The notes under the pieces are model-generated. The model was not told the DNA's origin. It made no database searches and saw only the letters and a program-made list of their open reading frames with translations. Source: an uncultured Gammaproteobacteria bacterium (GTDB lineage: Bacteria > Pseudomonadota > Gammaproteobacteria > JAIEPX01). From it: DNA of 64,000 nt. The translations under genes were made by a program, and so were the position numbers. Below, piece after piece: positions 1-10,765 of the stretch (positions are counted from its first letter, which is position 1; every line of letters starts with the position of its first letter). Location of the stretch: positions 99,846 through 163,845 of the forward strand of contig CAVRXV010000011.1 of assembly GCA_963725255.1 (NCBI GenBank), given 5' to 3'.

Positions 1-236
1 CAGGTAACTATACCCCGAAATGGCCGTCAATACAAGGGTTTCAAGCATCTTTGCCCATGCTCACTCTCCCATGGGTCGTACCCACCCAGCCCAATTCAAT
101 ACCCTTTCAGCGTAGAAACCAGGCAAAATCAGTAATATCGACTATAATTACTATAGGTAAGGTGCGTTTATAGGTAACCGTTAATGGGGTTGAACCAATT
201 AAGCCTAACTCGATAAAGTTGCGGTAGGAGAGGGAT

Positions 237-1655
237 ATGGACGATAAGACAAAACTCAAAGCTGTAAAAAGCTTTGTTACACCCACAAAATATTTTGTTT
301 TTCGTGGAACACCTCCGAGTGTAGATGAAAGAATAAACCATATAATAGAGAATGGCTTAACTAGCGGTTCTTTAGCTGAATCTACATTTCATATAATGCG
401 AAACGGATTAAGCCCTAATGAACTCAATAATTTTATAGAAAAAATAGTCCAAATAGAATTTGAACGAGCTCAAAATGGTCAACCCGAAACATTCATGAGA
501 CAATACACAATTTATAGCACAGCACTTAAATTCGCTATTGAAGAAGAAAGCAAGAACAATCCTCATGCATTTGAGGATTATATACGTGATCCAATTGAAT
601 ATATTAAAAATTTCAAAGTACCTACTGTATTATTACCCTATGCAGAAAAATTACTCAATCAAAATAGTCAAGCTACAATTATTTTTTCTATGATAACCGG
701 CCCGATAACAAATAAATACAATACTGCATTATTATCAGCCCGAGCTAACAATGACACAGCAGCAATCAATGATCTTGAACCCAAATTTAAAGCCGCTGTT
801 GTATGTGCTGAAAAACTGAAAAAGTTAAATATAGATAGCAAAAAATCTGAAAAAATGGATATGCCGGATGTAAAAAAATATATTCAAGCCGTCGAACAGT
901 TAACAAATAGCATTATTACTCAACCCTTGAGCACCCAATCTCTGAAAACAGATCAATATTCAAATACTGAAAAGGAAATCTCAAGCACAGAAGCGAATAA
1001 AGATTCAAATCGAACCTCACAAAAGATATCTATAGGATTACATCGACAAGCTTCACAAGAATCAATTTCACCAAAAGATCAAAATGAGCCCAAAATAAAT
1101 CCAAAACGTCTAGCAAGACAATTCTCAAGAGAAGAAATTGAATCAGAACACAAGAAACAACGAAGAGAAGAAACTCAAAGTGAGGGAGTTTCAGTAGATA
1201 AATCCACAGTAGAGCCTATCGAAAGGAAAGAACAAGAACAACCTGCAGCATTATCAGATTTGCAAGAATTAAAATCACAAGTGGCCCAAATAAGAGAAAA
1301 AACAAAAGCATTAGCGGCCCAGATCGCTGAAACTCGTCAAGATTTTCAAGCATTCAAGTCTCAACAAGAATTAAAAACGCTCGATAGTGATATCGCTAAA
1401 TTAGAAACACGTAAAGAAGCCGTTAAAGCTCTTAGGGAAGAAAGACAAACCAAGATAGCGCAGCATAGAGAAGAAAAAAAAGAACAACCGAAAACAATTG
1501 GCTCTCATAGAGAGGGGAATGAAAATTTACCACCGCAAGCACAAGTCATGATGAGAAATTCTAAAATACAATCAGCCAAGTCTGATATAGAAAAAGACGC
1601 GACCCAGGAAAAATCATCAAAACCTGTATCTTCACGTGGCAGCCGAAGCGAATAA
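237..1655 (+). CDS. Hypothetical 472-aa protein with a low-complexity coiled-coil C-terminal half; effector-like
   Basis: Long intact ORF, GGAGAGGG RBS before the ATG; Q/E/K-rich heptad region (LQELKSQVAQIREKTKALAAQIAE...). No family recognised. Confidence 0.75.
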   Translation: MDDKTKLKAVKSFVTPTKYFVFRGTPPSVDERINHIIENGLTSGSLAESTFHIMRNGLSPNELNNFIEKIVQIEFERAQNGQPETFMRQYTIYSTALKFAIEEESKNNPHAFEDYIRDPIEYIKNFKVPTVLLPYAEKLLNQNSQATIIFSMITGPITNKYNTALLSARANNDTAAINDLEPKFKAAVVCAEKLKKLNIDSKKSEKMDMPDVKKYIQAVEQLTNSIITQPLSTQSLKTDQYSNTEKEISSTEANKDSNRTSQKISIGLHRQASQESISPKDQNEPKINPKRLARQFSREEIESEHKKQRREETQSEGVSVDKSTVEPIERKEQEQPAALSDLQELKSQVAQIREKTKALAAQIAETRQDFQAFKSQQELKTLDSDIAKLETRKEAVKALREERQTKIAQHREEKKEQPKTIGSHREGNENLPPQAQVMMRNSKIQSAKSDIEKDATQEKSSKPVSSRGSRSE

Positions 1656-1673
1656 TACTCGAACCATAAAAAA

Positions 1674-2138
1674 TTAAGTAAAATGACCCATTGCATTTAC
1701 TATAATGCGTTGAGTCTCTAATAATTGATTTTCAATCCAAAAACTTCCCCACTGACCCTCTGGAATACCCATAGAAGTAAAAATAATAAACTCATTATGT
1801 CCTAGATTAGAACGCCACGTTACAGAAATACCAGCAGATAAAGCAGGAAAATTGGAGATCACCTTTTTAGTCTCTTTATCTAAAATAAGTTGACCATCAG
1901 CCCATTTTCCATCACAAAAAATTCCATTACTACTACCACAAAGAATAATTTTATTCTGATTATGTATCGCACTTTCTTTAGCTTGAGTAATGGCTTGGAC
2001 TAATTGTTGGCTTGCGCACCGCACCCGATAATTTGCAATAACATGTTGATAGCTGGGAACACCTATGGCAATAATAATGGCAGACAATGTCATCACCGCC
2101 AAAAGTTCAGACAATGAAAATCCTTGTATTTTCCTCAC
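1674..2138 (-). CDS. GspH/FimT-family minor pilin/pseudopilin
   Basis: Type IV prepilin N-terminus QG|FSLSELLAVMTL with Glu+5; typical FimT core (CGSSNGIFCDGKWADG). Confidence 0.85.
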   Translation of the reverse strand: MRKIQGFSLSELLAVMTLSAIIIAIGVPSYQHVIANYRVRCASQQLVQAITQAKESAIHNQNKIILCGSSNGIFCDGKWADGQLILDKETKKVISNFPALSAGISVTWRSNLGHNEFIIFTSMGIPEGQWGSFWIENQLLETQRIIVNAMGHFT

Positions 2139-2172
2139 ATTTCTTCCTGAGCAGTTCCCGCTATTTTAAAAA

Positions 2173-3093
2173 TTAATTTTGTGTGCTCAACAATCTTTTT
2201 GGTTTTAATAACCCATCAGAATGTATTTCACAAAGCCCAATAAATAGATTTTCTGGATCATACACTCGAACCAACTCAGTTTCACTACCGTACTTTTTAG
2301 ATTCAACAATCTTTATTCTTTGCCCTTTTTTCAATGAGTCAACATCTAGTTGATTTAATTGAATAGCAGGTAAATATTGAACAAGACTATCCACTGGCAA
2401 AAGAGTTTCAAACAATTCTTTCTCTAGACTTTTTTCTGACAAATCTAAAAGACTTTCCAAAGAAACCATTTTTTCTACTTTAAAATCTGCCACTGCAGTG
2501 CGTCTTAAAGCAGTAACATGGGCTCCACACCCAAGCGCTAATCCAATATCTTCGACTAAGGATCTTATATAAGTTCCTTTACTACAGCGCACCACTAAAC
2601 TGATTTCATCACCCGAAAATTTGACTAGATCCAGTTGATGAATATTAATTTTTCGTGGCTCACGAGGTACTGAAATACCCGCCCGTGCTAATTCATATAA
2701 AGGTTTACCTTGCTGTTTAATCGCTGAAAACATCGAAGGAATTTGATTCTGCTCTCCACGAAATTTTTCTAGCACGGCATTCACTTTTTCTAGAGAGACA
2801 TCCGTAATTTCTCTGCGCTCAATCACTTGACCTTCAGCATCTCCTGAATCAGTGATTACACCTAATTTAGCAGTGGTTTCGTAGGTTTTATCTGCATCGA
2901 GAAGAAATTGAGTAAATTTGGTGGTCTCACCAAAACAAATGGGCAGCATACCTGTCGCTAAGGGATCAAGTGTTCCGGTATGCCCAGCTTTGCGCGCATT
3001 AAAAATTCTTTTCGCTTTTTGCAGCGCTGCGTTGGAAGAAAGGCCTTGAGGTTTATCTAATAAAAGCAATCCATTAATATTATTCTTTTTCAT
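2173..3093 (-). CDS. truB: tRNA pseudouridine(55) synthase
   Basis: Motifs LLLDKPQG and GHTGTLDPLATG; follows rbfA. Confidence 0.98.
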   Translation of the reverse strand: MKKNNINGLLLLDKPQGLSSNAALQKAKRIFNARKAGHTGTLDPLATGMLPICFGETTKFTQFLLDADKTYETTAKLGVITDSGDAEGQVIERREITDVSLEKVNAVLEKFRGEQNQIPSMFSAIKQQGKPLYELARAGISVPREPRKINIHQLDLVKFSGDEISLVVRCSKGTYIRSLVEDIGLALGCGAHVTALRRTAVADFKVEKMVSLESLLDLSEKSLEKELFETLLPVDSLVQYLPAIQLNQLDVDSLKKGQRIKIVESKKYGSETELVRVYDPENLFIGLCEIHSDGLLKPKRLLSTQN

Positions 3094-3451
3094 CTTCGTT
3101 TCGAATTCGTGCTGTTGCCTCGTTAATTAACGTACCCATTTTTCGGCTATACTCAATGGATTCATCATACACAAATCGTAATTTTGGCGTCGTGCGCATA
3201 TTCACTTCCTTAGCTAAAATACGACGGAAATCTCTGGCTGATTCATTCAACGCTTTAATTAAGGATTTAATATCTCTTTCATCGGGAACTACGATGTAAA
3301 TAGTCGCTATTGAATAATCGGGCGCAACTTTTACAGCTGTTAAAGTGACTAAACGAAAACGCGCATCAAGAGACTCACGGTGAATAATTTGAGCTAATTC
3401 TCGTTGTATAAGATCGGCGACTCGCCGTGTTCTATCATTAGACTTATTCAT
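3080..3451 (-). CDS. rbfA: 30S ribosome-binding factor A
   Basis: RTRRVADLIQREL and MRTTPKLRFVYD motifs; between infB and truB; start taken at MNKS. Confidence 0.96.
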   Translation of the reverse strand: MNKSNDRTRRVADLIQRELAQIIHRESLDARFRLVTLTAVKVAPDYSIATIYIVVPDERDIKSLIKALNESARDFRRILAKEVNMRTTPKLRFVYDESIEYSRKMGTLINEATARIRNEDEKE

Positions 3452-3470
3452 AAGCAACAATCACAAAACG

Positions 3471-5925
3471 TTATAAAGTACGCGCAACAGAAAATGTTTC
3501 GAAGGCTTCAATTTGATCACCTGCTTTAACATCATTGTAATCTTTCACAGCCACACCACATTCCATACCTTTTTTCACTTCATTGACATCATCTTTAAAG
3601 CGACGCAAAGATTCTAAATGGCCTGTGTAAATAACAACATTCTCGCGCAAAACCCGAATCGGTAAATTACGTTTAAGCATGCCATCAAGCACCATACATC
3701 CAGCGACAGCACCAAATTTCGTCGATCTGAACACATCACGAACTTGCGCCAATCCCACAATTTTTTCTTGCTGCTCAGGTGAAAGCAAACCAGACAATGC
3801 CGCTTTAATATCATCAATCAGATCATAAATCACACTGTAATAGCGTAAATCAACACCTTCGTTTTCTACGATTTGACGAGCGATGGCATCAGCACGCACA
3901 TTAAATCCTATAACAACTGCATTTGAGGCAATTGCAAGATTCGCATCAGATCCAGTAATTCCACCAACGCCACTCGAAACAACAGTGACTTTGACTTCAC
4001 TGGTCGATAACTTATGCAGCGATTCTGTAATCGCTTCCAACGAACCCTGTACATCGCATTTCAATACAATCTTTAATTCAACAACTTCGTTTTCAACCAT
4101 GCGTTCAAAAATATTTTCGAGTTTCGCTGCTTGCTGACGCGCTAATTTTACTGCACGAAATTTACCTTGTCTGAACATGGCCACTTCGCGCGCTTTTTTC
4201 TCATTGGGTACAACAACCGCTTCATCACCTGCACTGGGTGTACCAGACAAACCTAATACTTCAACCGGCATAGACGGGCCCGCAGTTAAAGTTTCTTTGC
4301 CATTATCACCAATCATCATTCGGATGCGCCCATATTCTGAGCCCGCTAATAAAATTTCACCTTTGCGCAGCATTCCTTGCTGAACTAAAACGGTTACTAC
4401 AGGGCCTCTGCCTTTATCTAATCTTGATTCAATCACAACACCGGACGCAGCGCCTTCAGGAACTGCTTTTAATTCTAAAAGATCGGCTTGCAATAAAATC
4501 ATATCGAGCAAGTCATCAATATTTTCACCGGTTTTTGCTGAGATCGCTTGAAATACAACATCACCACCCCAGTCTTCTGCGATAACGCCATACTGAGTTA
4601 ATTCTTTTTTAACACGATCAGCATCAGCACCCGGTTTATCAATTTTATTAACGGCAACAATCATCGGAACATTAGCTGCTTTAGCGTGTTGAATGGCTTC
4701 CACGGTTTGAGGTTTAACACCATCATCTGCTGCAACCACTAAGATCACTATGTCAGTACATTTTGCTCCACGTGCACGCATCGCGGTAAACGCCTCGTGA
4801 CCTGGTGTATCTAAAAAGGTAATTACGCCTTTATTCGTTTCAACGTGATAAGCACCAATATGTTGGGTAATTCCGCCCGCTTCGGTACTTGTCACTTTTG
4901 TTCGGCGAATATAATCAAGTAAACTGAGTTTTACCATGATCGACATGGCCCATGATTGTAACCACAGGTGCTCGTTTAACTGGCGTTGCAGTAAGAGCAT
5001 TTTTATCGAGCAATGAATCTTCTAGTGCATTTTCTTTGATTAATTTTGGAACATGGCCCATTTCTTCAACAACAATAGCGGCTGTTTCTTGATCGATCAG
5101 CTGGTTAATGGTAACCATTGCTCCCATTTTCATCATTGCCTTAATGACATCAGAGCCTTTAACAGACATTTTTTGCGCTAAATTTGCAACGGTAATGGTT
5201 TCCGTAATCGGAACTTCACGCACAACCGGCGCAGTAGGTTTCTCAAAAACATGCTCTAAACTCATCGCAACTTTTTTGGCGCCTGGTCTAAATTTCTTTC
5301 TATGTCCAACATTAAAATCTGAACGTTCGATAACTTTAGCTTGTTTAGCACGTTTTTTATCGGCTTTTTTCTTGGCTTTCTTACTAACAGCTTCGCCTTC
5401 TTCATCCACTTGTTCAAAACTAAATGTCTTTTCAAAATCGACTTCTGCTTCACTAATTGATTTTGGCTCAGCTTCGTGTGCTTCAACGGGCTCCTCTGTG
5501 ACAGCAACTTCTTCTTCAGAAGTAGTTTCAGCCGCCACCTTAGCTTCCACCTTTGCCTTAGCTTTTGCTTCGGCTTTCGCTTTAGTTTCTTCTTCCCTAC
5601 GTTTTTTCTCTTCTTGAAGCTGTAATTCTTCTTCTTGTTTTTGTTTTTCTAATTCAGTGGGCGTCAGATACGTTCGCTTTTTTCGCGTACGCACTTCGAC
5701 TTTTACAGTATTTCGAGACACTTTAGGCTCAATTACAGATTTACCTTTCAAGGTAATTTTTTTTGATCCCGTTTTTAAATGATCTAGCAAGATTTTTTTT
5801 TGCTCATCATTAATCAATGATTTTTCATCAACAGCAGAAATACCAGCTGCTGATAATTGACTCAGCAATTTATCAATGGTTGTACCGACCGTAGTCGCTA
5901 ATTCCTTAACGGTAACTTCTGCCAT
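3471..5925 (-). CDS. infB: Translation initiation factor IF-2, split by one frameshift near 4915-4930 (probably an assembly error)
   Basis: N-terminal ORF ends MGHVDHGKT and the second frame continues SLLDYIR...[11 protein letters not shown]-terminal [11 protein letters not shown]. Confidence 0.96.
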
Positions 5926-5971
5926 TTGTCTTTATCACTCTCTCAATATAATCAATTTACTCGGACCCAAA

Positions 5972-7450
5972 CTACTCAAACCATGGTTCACGTGCTTTCA
6001 TAATTAATTGAGCAGCAAGCTGCTCATCCATGCCTTCAATATCGATCACATCATCAATCGATCTCTCGGCCAAATCTTCACGCGTTACAATGCCATGTTT
6101 TGCAAGACGAAAAGCCATTTCGCGTTCCATACCTTCCATTTCAAGTAAATCTTGATCAGGTTTGGCAGCACTTCCCTCTAGAGCTAACTCTTTAGTCAAC
6201 AAGACATCGCGTGCACGCTCTTGCAATTCTTTAACGATTTCTTCGTCGAATTCTTCGATCTCTTCCATTTCTTCTGAAGCTACATACGCCACTTCTTCGA
6301 TCGTTGTAAATCCTTCAGCAATTAAAAGGTTCGCGAGATCTTCATCAACACCTAATTGTTCCATAAACAAATTCTTAGTGGTTTCTGATTCATCTGTGCT
6401 CTTATTTTCTGCTTCAGTCACTGACATCACGTTCAACGTCCAACCAGATAATTCACTCGCTAATCGAACGTTTTGACCATTTCGACCAATGGCTTGTGAT
6501 AGCTGATCTTCGCTCACAGCAAGATCCATTGAATGCGATTCTTCATCAACCACAATAGAGGCAATTTCTGCTGGGGCCATCGCATTAATCACTAATTGAG
6601 CAGGATTATCATCCCACAAAATCACGTCGATTCGCTCACCGTTGAGTTCGCTTGAAACAGCTTGCACACGAGAACCTCGCATACCAATACACGCACCTTG
6701 TGGATCGATTCGACCATCATTAGTTTTAACTGCAATTTTTGCACGAGATCCTGGATCACGCGCAGCGGCTTTTATTTCGATCACTTGCTCAGCAATTTCT
6801 GGCACTTCTATTTTAAATAATTCAACCAACATTTCTGGTCGTGTGCGACTTAATAATAATAATGGACCACGTCTTTCACGATTAACTTCGTAAAGATAAG
6901 CACGTAAACGATCATTCGCTCGAACAGCTTCTCGTGGAATCATTTCTTCTTTCAAAATAATACCTTCAGCATTTTCTCCCAAATCTAACAAGATGTGATC
7001 ACGAGATACTTTTTTAACAACGCCGGTAATAATTTCACCAATACGTTCTTCAAATTGACCAGCAACTTTGGAACGTTCGGCTTCACGAACTTTTTGAGTA
7101 ATAACTTGCTTTGCTTGCTGTGCAGCAATACGACCAAATTCAGGAGATTCTACTTGCTCTTCAACAACGTCACCCACTTCTAATTCAGGATCAATTTCTC
7201 GAGCTTTGGAGAGGATAATTTGTTTACCAGGCTCTTCGATTTCAGCTTCATCAGGAACCACGAGCCAACAACGGAAAGTTTCATAATCACCAGATTTCTG
7301 ATCAATAGCCACACGAATATCAACATCTTCGGCGTAACGTTTAGCCGCGACCGTTGCTAATGCCTGTTCAATAGCTTCAAATATAACCGCCTTGTCGACG
7401 CCTTTTTCATCAGCGATCGAACCAACGACCAATTTAATTTCTCTATTCAT
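5972..7450 (-). CDS. nusA: Transcription termination/antitermination factor NusA
   Basis: [13 protein letters not shown] and [12 protein letters not shown] motifs, C-terminal acidic repeats; operon position. Confidence 0.98.
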   Translation of the reverse strand: MNREIKLVVGSIADEKGVDKAVIFEAIEQALATVAAKRYAEDVDIRVAIDQKSGDYETFRCWLVVPDEAEIEEPGKQIILSKAREIDPELEVGDVVEEQVESPEFGRIAAQQAKQVITQKVREAERSKVAGQFEERIGEIITGVVKKVSRDHILLDLGENAEGIILKEEMIPREAVRANDRLRAYLYEVNRERRGPLLLLSRTRPEMLVELFKIEVPEIAEQVIEIKAAARDPGSRAKIAVKTNDGRIDPQGACIGMRGSRVQAVSSELNGERIDVILWDDNPAQLVINAMAPAEIASIVVDEESHSMDLAVSEDQLSQAIGRNGQNVRLASELSGWTLNVMSVTEAENKSTDESETTKNLFMEQLGVDEDLANLLIAEGFTTIEEVAYVASEEMEEIEEFDEEIVKELQERARDVLLTKELALEGSAAKPDQDLLEMEGMEREMAFRLAKHGIVTREDLAERSIDDVIDIEGMDEQLAAQLIMKAREPWFE

Positions 7451-7460
7451 AGTGCCCACC

Positions 7461-7907
7461 TCAAAATACTAAGTTAGCCTTTTCGATTTCGCCAAATGGC
7501 AAAACAATAGTCTCGCCCTCAACAATCAAGCTAACAGCTTCACTCGTAACCTCTGCTAATTCACCTCGGTAGGTGCGCCTTCCTTCTCCTCCAATAGATA
7601 TTTTTATTTTAACTGGTTGACCTATATATCGTTTGTACTGCTCCACAGTAAATAAAGCCCGCGTCAGCCCTGGCGAAGACACTTCAAGAAGGTACTTGCC
7701 CTTCATCACGTCTTCGACATCTAACACAGCCCCAATTTGACGACTCGCACGTTCGCAATCATCTAACGTAACACCCTGGGGCGTCTCAATGTAGACCTGC
7801 AAACGACTGTTACCTTCAAAACTGTTGAGTTCATAACCCCACAGCTCGTAACCATAAACCGCCAAAGCACCTTGTAAAAGCTCAGTCAACACATTATCTT
7901 TTAACAT
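7461..7907 (-). CDS. rimP: Ribosome maturation factor RimP
   Basis: [22 protein letters not shown] and YLLEVSSPG motifs; directly upstream of nusA. Confidence 0.97.
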   Translation of the reverse strand: MLKDNVLTELLQGALAVYGYELWGYELNSFEGNSRLQVYIETPQGVTLDDCERASRQIGAVLDVEDVMKGKYLLEVSSPGLTRALFTVEQYKRYIGQPVKIKISIGGEGRRTYRGELAEVTSEAVSLIVEGETIVLPFGEIEKANLVF

Positions 7908-7929
7908 TTACACTTATCACGCACAAACG

Positions 7930-7952
7930 AAAAGTGGGCACAATGGCCCACT
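7930..7952 (-). terminator. Hairpin terminator/attenuator between tRNA-fMet and rimP
   Basis: Minus strand AGTGGGC-cattgt-GCCCACT followed by a T-run. Confidence 0.7.
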
Positions 7953-7984
7953 ACCGTAATTAGCTCAGTTATTCCAAAAACATT

Positions 7985-8061
<77 letters not shown>

Positions 8062-8297
8062 TCAATCAATGCCGATTATAACTCAAAGTTAACATTAACA
8101 CAACATGAACCTGGAAAAATCTGACACAAAGCCCCCCTAGTACAGCGCCACTGGTATTTTCTAAAATGACACCAAAGTAAATCTTCAAAATTGAAAGAAA
8201 GTGTTTCCACTCGTACATACCCTGTGGCAGAATAGATTTTGTGGGGAGGTCGAGGATTGACCATAAGTACCATGTTACGGAAGGATGCACGGAAACC

Positions 8298-9344
8298 ATG
8301 AGCACCAGACACATACTAACTGAAGACGAGATACACACGCTGTTGCACTCCGCCAGCACACATCAACAACCCAATTCTCCAGCCAATGATCAGAGCACTC
8401 AAGAAAAAAATGCCCCTCCTGGCTCAACTAATGCAAACGCCGATCAAATGCTCAATATCATCCAATCGGAGCTGAGACAAATTCGTCAAATGGTGGCATC
8501 TCGCTCAAGTCTCGCTAGCGCCAGCCATGGATCGCCTCTTAAATTTAGAATTCTTGAGCGATTAACGCTCCAAGGTTTTCAACCTTCTGCGTGTGAAAAA
8601 CTTCTCTCGGGACTGACACTCGCTTCCGATGAAGCTACAGCATGGCAACAAATTATTTTTAGTCTAGAAACACAACTCCCTATCTCAACCGAAAATATTT
8701 TGGATCATCAGGGAATTATTGCTTTAGTTGGCCCAACAGGATCTGGAAAAACCACCGGGATTGCAAAATTAGCCACTCACTGTTTATTGCGTCACAATGC
8801 TCAAGATATCGGCCTCATCACAACGGATTTTTATAGCGTTGGTGGTCGAGATCAACTGTGCACCTATGGACGCATTTTAGATATTCCTGTTCATCGCGTT
8901 AATAACAGCGCTGATTTAGAAGAGACGCTCGCACACCTTAGCAATAAACGGTTGATACTCATCGACACACCTGGCATTAGCCATCGCGATCAAGAATTAG
9001 CTGATAAATTAGGCTTTATTTTACGCTCACCGAAACCGATAAAAACTATTTTGACATTGTCAGCAACCACTCATGAATACTTAATCAATGAAATTGTTGA
9101 TGCATTTAATTACACACATTTAGCAGGTGTCAGCATAACGAAAATTGACGAAGCACCTTTCATCGGACACGTCCTTTCTGCGTGCATAGACTATCAATTG
9201 CCTATTCATTCTTTTACGAACGGCCAACATATTCCTGCAAATTTTTCGATCGCTACGCTCGAGAAAATTTTGAATTTCGTCATTCAAAAACCCTTAATTA
9301 ATCTGAACACTCTCAATACAAAACTTGAGAGTGTCACATGTTAA
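8298..9344 (+). CDS. flhF: FlhF-like SRP-family GTPase lacking the usual FlhF N-terminus
   Basis: GPTGSGKTTGIAKLA, DTPG and TKIDE motifs; followed by an flhG-like gene. Start taken at MSTRH (ORF track starts at 8241). Confidence 0.85.
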   Translation: MSTRHILTEDEIHTLLHSASTHQQPNSPANDQSTQEKNAPPGSTNANADQMLNIIQSELRQIRQMVASRSSLASASHGSPLKFRILERLTLQGFQPSACEKLLSGLTLASDEATAWQQIIFSLETQLPISTENILDHQGIIALVGPTGSGKTTGIAKLATHCLLRHNAQDIGLITTDFYSVGGRDQLCTYGRILDIPVHRVNNSADLEETLAHLSNKRLILIDTPGISHRDQELADKLGFILRSPKPIKTILTLSATTHEYLINEIVDAFNYTHLAGVSITKIDEAPFIGHVLSACIDYQLPIHSFTNGQHIPANFSIATLEKILNFVIQKPLINLNTLNTKLESVTC

Positions 9345-10165
9345 ATCCCATAAAAATTATTTCCATTTCAGGTGGGAAAGGTGGCGTAGGAAAAACGAAT
9401 ACAGCCATCAATCTTTCCATTGCTCTCGCTGAACTCAACAATAAAGTCCTTTTATTTGATGCGGATTTAGGACTATCGAACGTTGATGTTCTTCTGGGAA
9501 TCCAAGCGCCAAAAAACATTTCGGATATTTTACAAGGGCGATCTTCAATACAAGAGATCGTTGTGACAGGACCCGGTGGAATTTTGATTATTCCTGCGGC
9601 ATCAGGTATAGAAGAATTGGCCAATTTGGAAAATATCGAAATTTCCCGATTAGTTCAAAGTTTCGATCAGCTCACGCAGAATATCGACGTTATGATCGTT
9701 GACACAGCAGCTGGAATCTCCCATCAAGTACTGAGTTTTGTGCATGCATGTCAAGACAATATTCTGGTCGTTTGTAACGAGCCCACTTCTTTAACAGATG
9801 CCTATGCTTTAATCAAAGTGCTCGCAAATCAACAAAGCAATATGAGTTTCAAAATACTTGCGAACATGACACGAAACGAAGATGAAGGACTTGAAGTTTT
9901 TTCAAAATTAAAAACAGCAACCGATAAATATCTGGATATCAGTCTTCAATACCTTGGCGCAATTCCTTTTGACCCGCTTCTTCGACAAGCTGTCCAAATG
10001 CAAAAACCTGTTATTACGGAATTTCCAGAGTGCCCCGCTTCAAAAGCTTACCATTTGCTGAGTCATATCGTGAACGATTGGCCTGTGATTAATCGCCCTG
10101 AAGGGCATATCACATTTTTCTTTGAGCGATTTCTTCATAAGCAACAATTTGCCGGCATTATTTAG
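9338..10165 (+). CDS. flhG: FlhG/FleN (MinD/ParA-family) ATPase
   Basis: Deviant Walker A GKGGVGKTN, DADLGLSNVD, DTAAGI, EPTSLTDAYALIK; overlaps the flhF stop. Confidence 0.9.
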   Translation: MLNPIKIISISGGKGGVGKTNTAINLSIALAELNNKVLLFDADLGLSNVDVLLGIQAPKNISDILQGRSSIQEIVVTGPGGILIIPAASGIEELANLENIEISRLVQSFDQLTQNIDVMIVDTAAGISHQVLSFVHACQDNILVVCNEPTSLTDAYALIKVLANQQSNMSFKILANMTRNEDEGLEVFSKLKTATDKYLDISLQYLGAIPFDPLLRQAVQMQKPVITEFPECPASKAYHLLSHIVNDWPVINRPEGHITFFFERFLHKQQFAGII

Positions 10166-10178
10166 ACAGGAGACTACG

Positions 10179-10559
10179 ATGAATTCCCAAGAATTTTTTG
10201 AGCTACTCATTAGAGCGACTCCAGCAATTACGCTTATTTTTCTTTTTACATTGTTAGTCATGCTAACACTGCGCTGGCTAAAAAAACCTCATGCTCATTC
10301 TCAATCAAGTCAGCAGCAAAACCCTGCCAATAATTTTAATAACCTTTATGATCGAATTCACAACTATCAATACGCTCAACAAGAAAAAACAGCTCGAACT
10401 CATTCACACTCACAAAACAATACTTCAACAGATAGCAATTATCATCATGCCATTAAATTATTACAACGTGGCATGGATACAAAAACCTTAGTCGAATATT
10501 GTAATCTTACGCAAGGTGAAGCTGAATTATTACATGTCGTCTATGGAAAGAAAGCATAG
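10179..10559 (+). CDS. DUF2802-like membrane-anchored protein
   Basis: N-terminal TM helix; C-terminal YHHAIKLLQRGMDTKTLVEYCNLTQGEAELL matches the DUF2802 pattern as I recall it; AGGAG RBS. Confidence 0.7.
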   Translation: MNSQEFFELLIRATPAITLIFLFTLLVMLTLRWLKKPHAHSQSSQQQNPANNFNNLYDRIHNYQYAQQEKTARTHSHSQNNTSTDSNYHHAIKLLQRGMDTKTLVEYCNLTQGEAELLHVVYGKKA

Positions 10560-10765
10560 CACTACGATCCTAAAAACTGTTGGTGGAATTCAGGGTAATC
10601 CTCAGAATTCCTCTCTAAAAAATGAATTTTGAGTACAGGAGTTCCCAGCTGTCCTGTCCTGACTCCCACGATCATTTATCCAATTTCCAGGCTAGATTTG
10701 CCGTAATAAATCCGTTATCATGCAAAATTAAACTATTTAATTATCCACTCATAAGGGTTATAACC

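Noticed and set aside
1-236. Repeated GGTAAC/ACTATA motifs at the window start as a mobile-element end or origin
   Set aside because: The motifs are short and irregular, the context is cut by the window edge, and no partner end or enzyme is visible.
4915-5000. infB break as a programmed frameshift or IF2 isoform mechanism
   Set aside because: It falls inside the G1 motif with no slippery sequence, and similar indels affect ftsH and nuo, so an assembly error is more likely.
5108-5617. Long antisense ORFs over infB, nusA, MFS, DUF62, nuo and ftsH
   Set aside because: Shadow ORFs on the opposite strand of well-supported genes, with no independent evidence.
8066-8359. Minus-strand ORFs 8066-8359 and 8076-8312 between tRNA-fMet and flhF
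   Set aside because: They overlap the flhF start and tRNA promoter region, have no recognisable motifs, and are probably spurious.
10622-10765. N-terminal extension of the DUF62 ORF given by the ORF track
   Set aside because: It has no family similarity and would bury the signal peptide; the downstream ATG at 10766 fits better.
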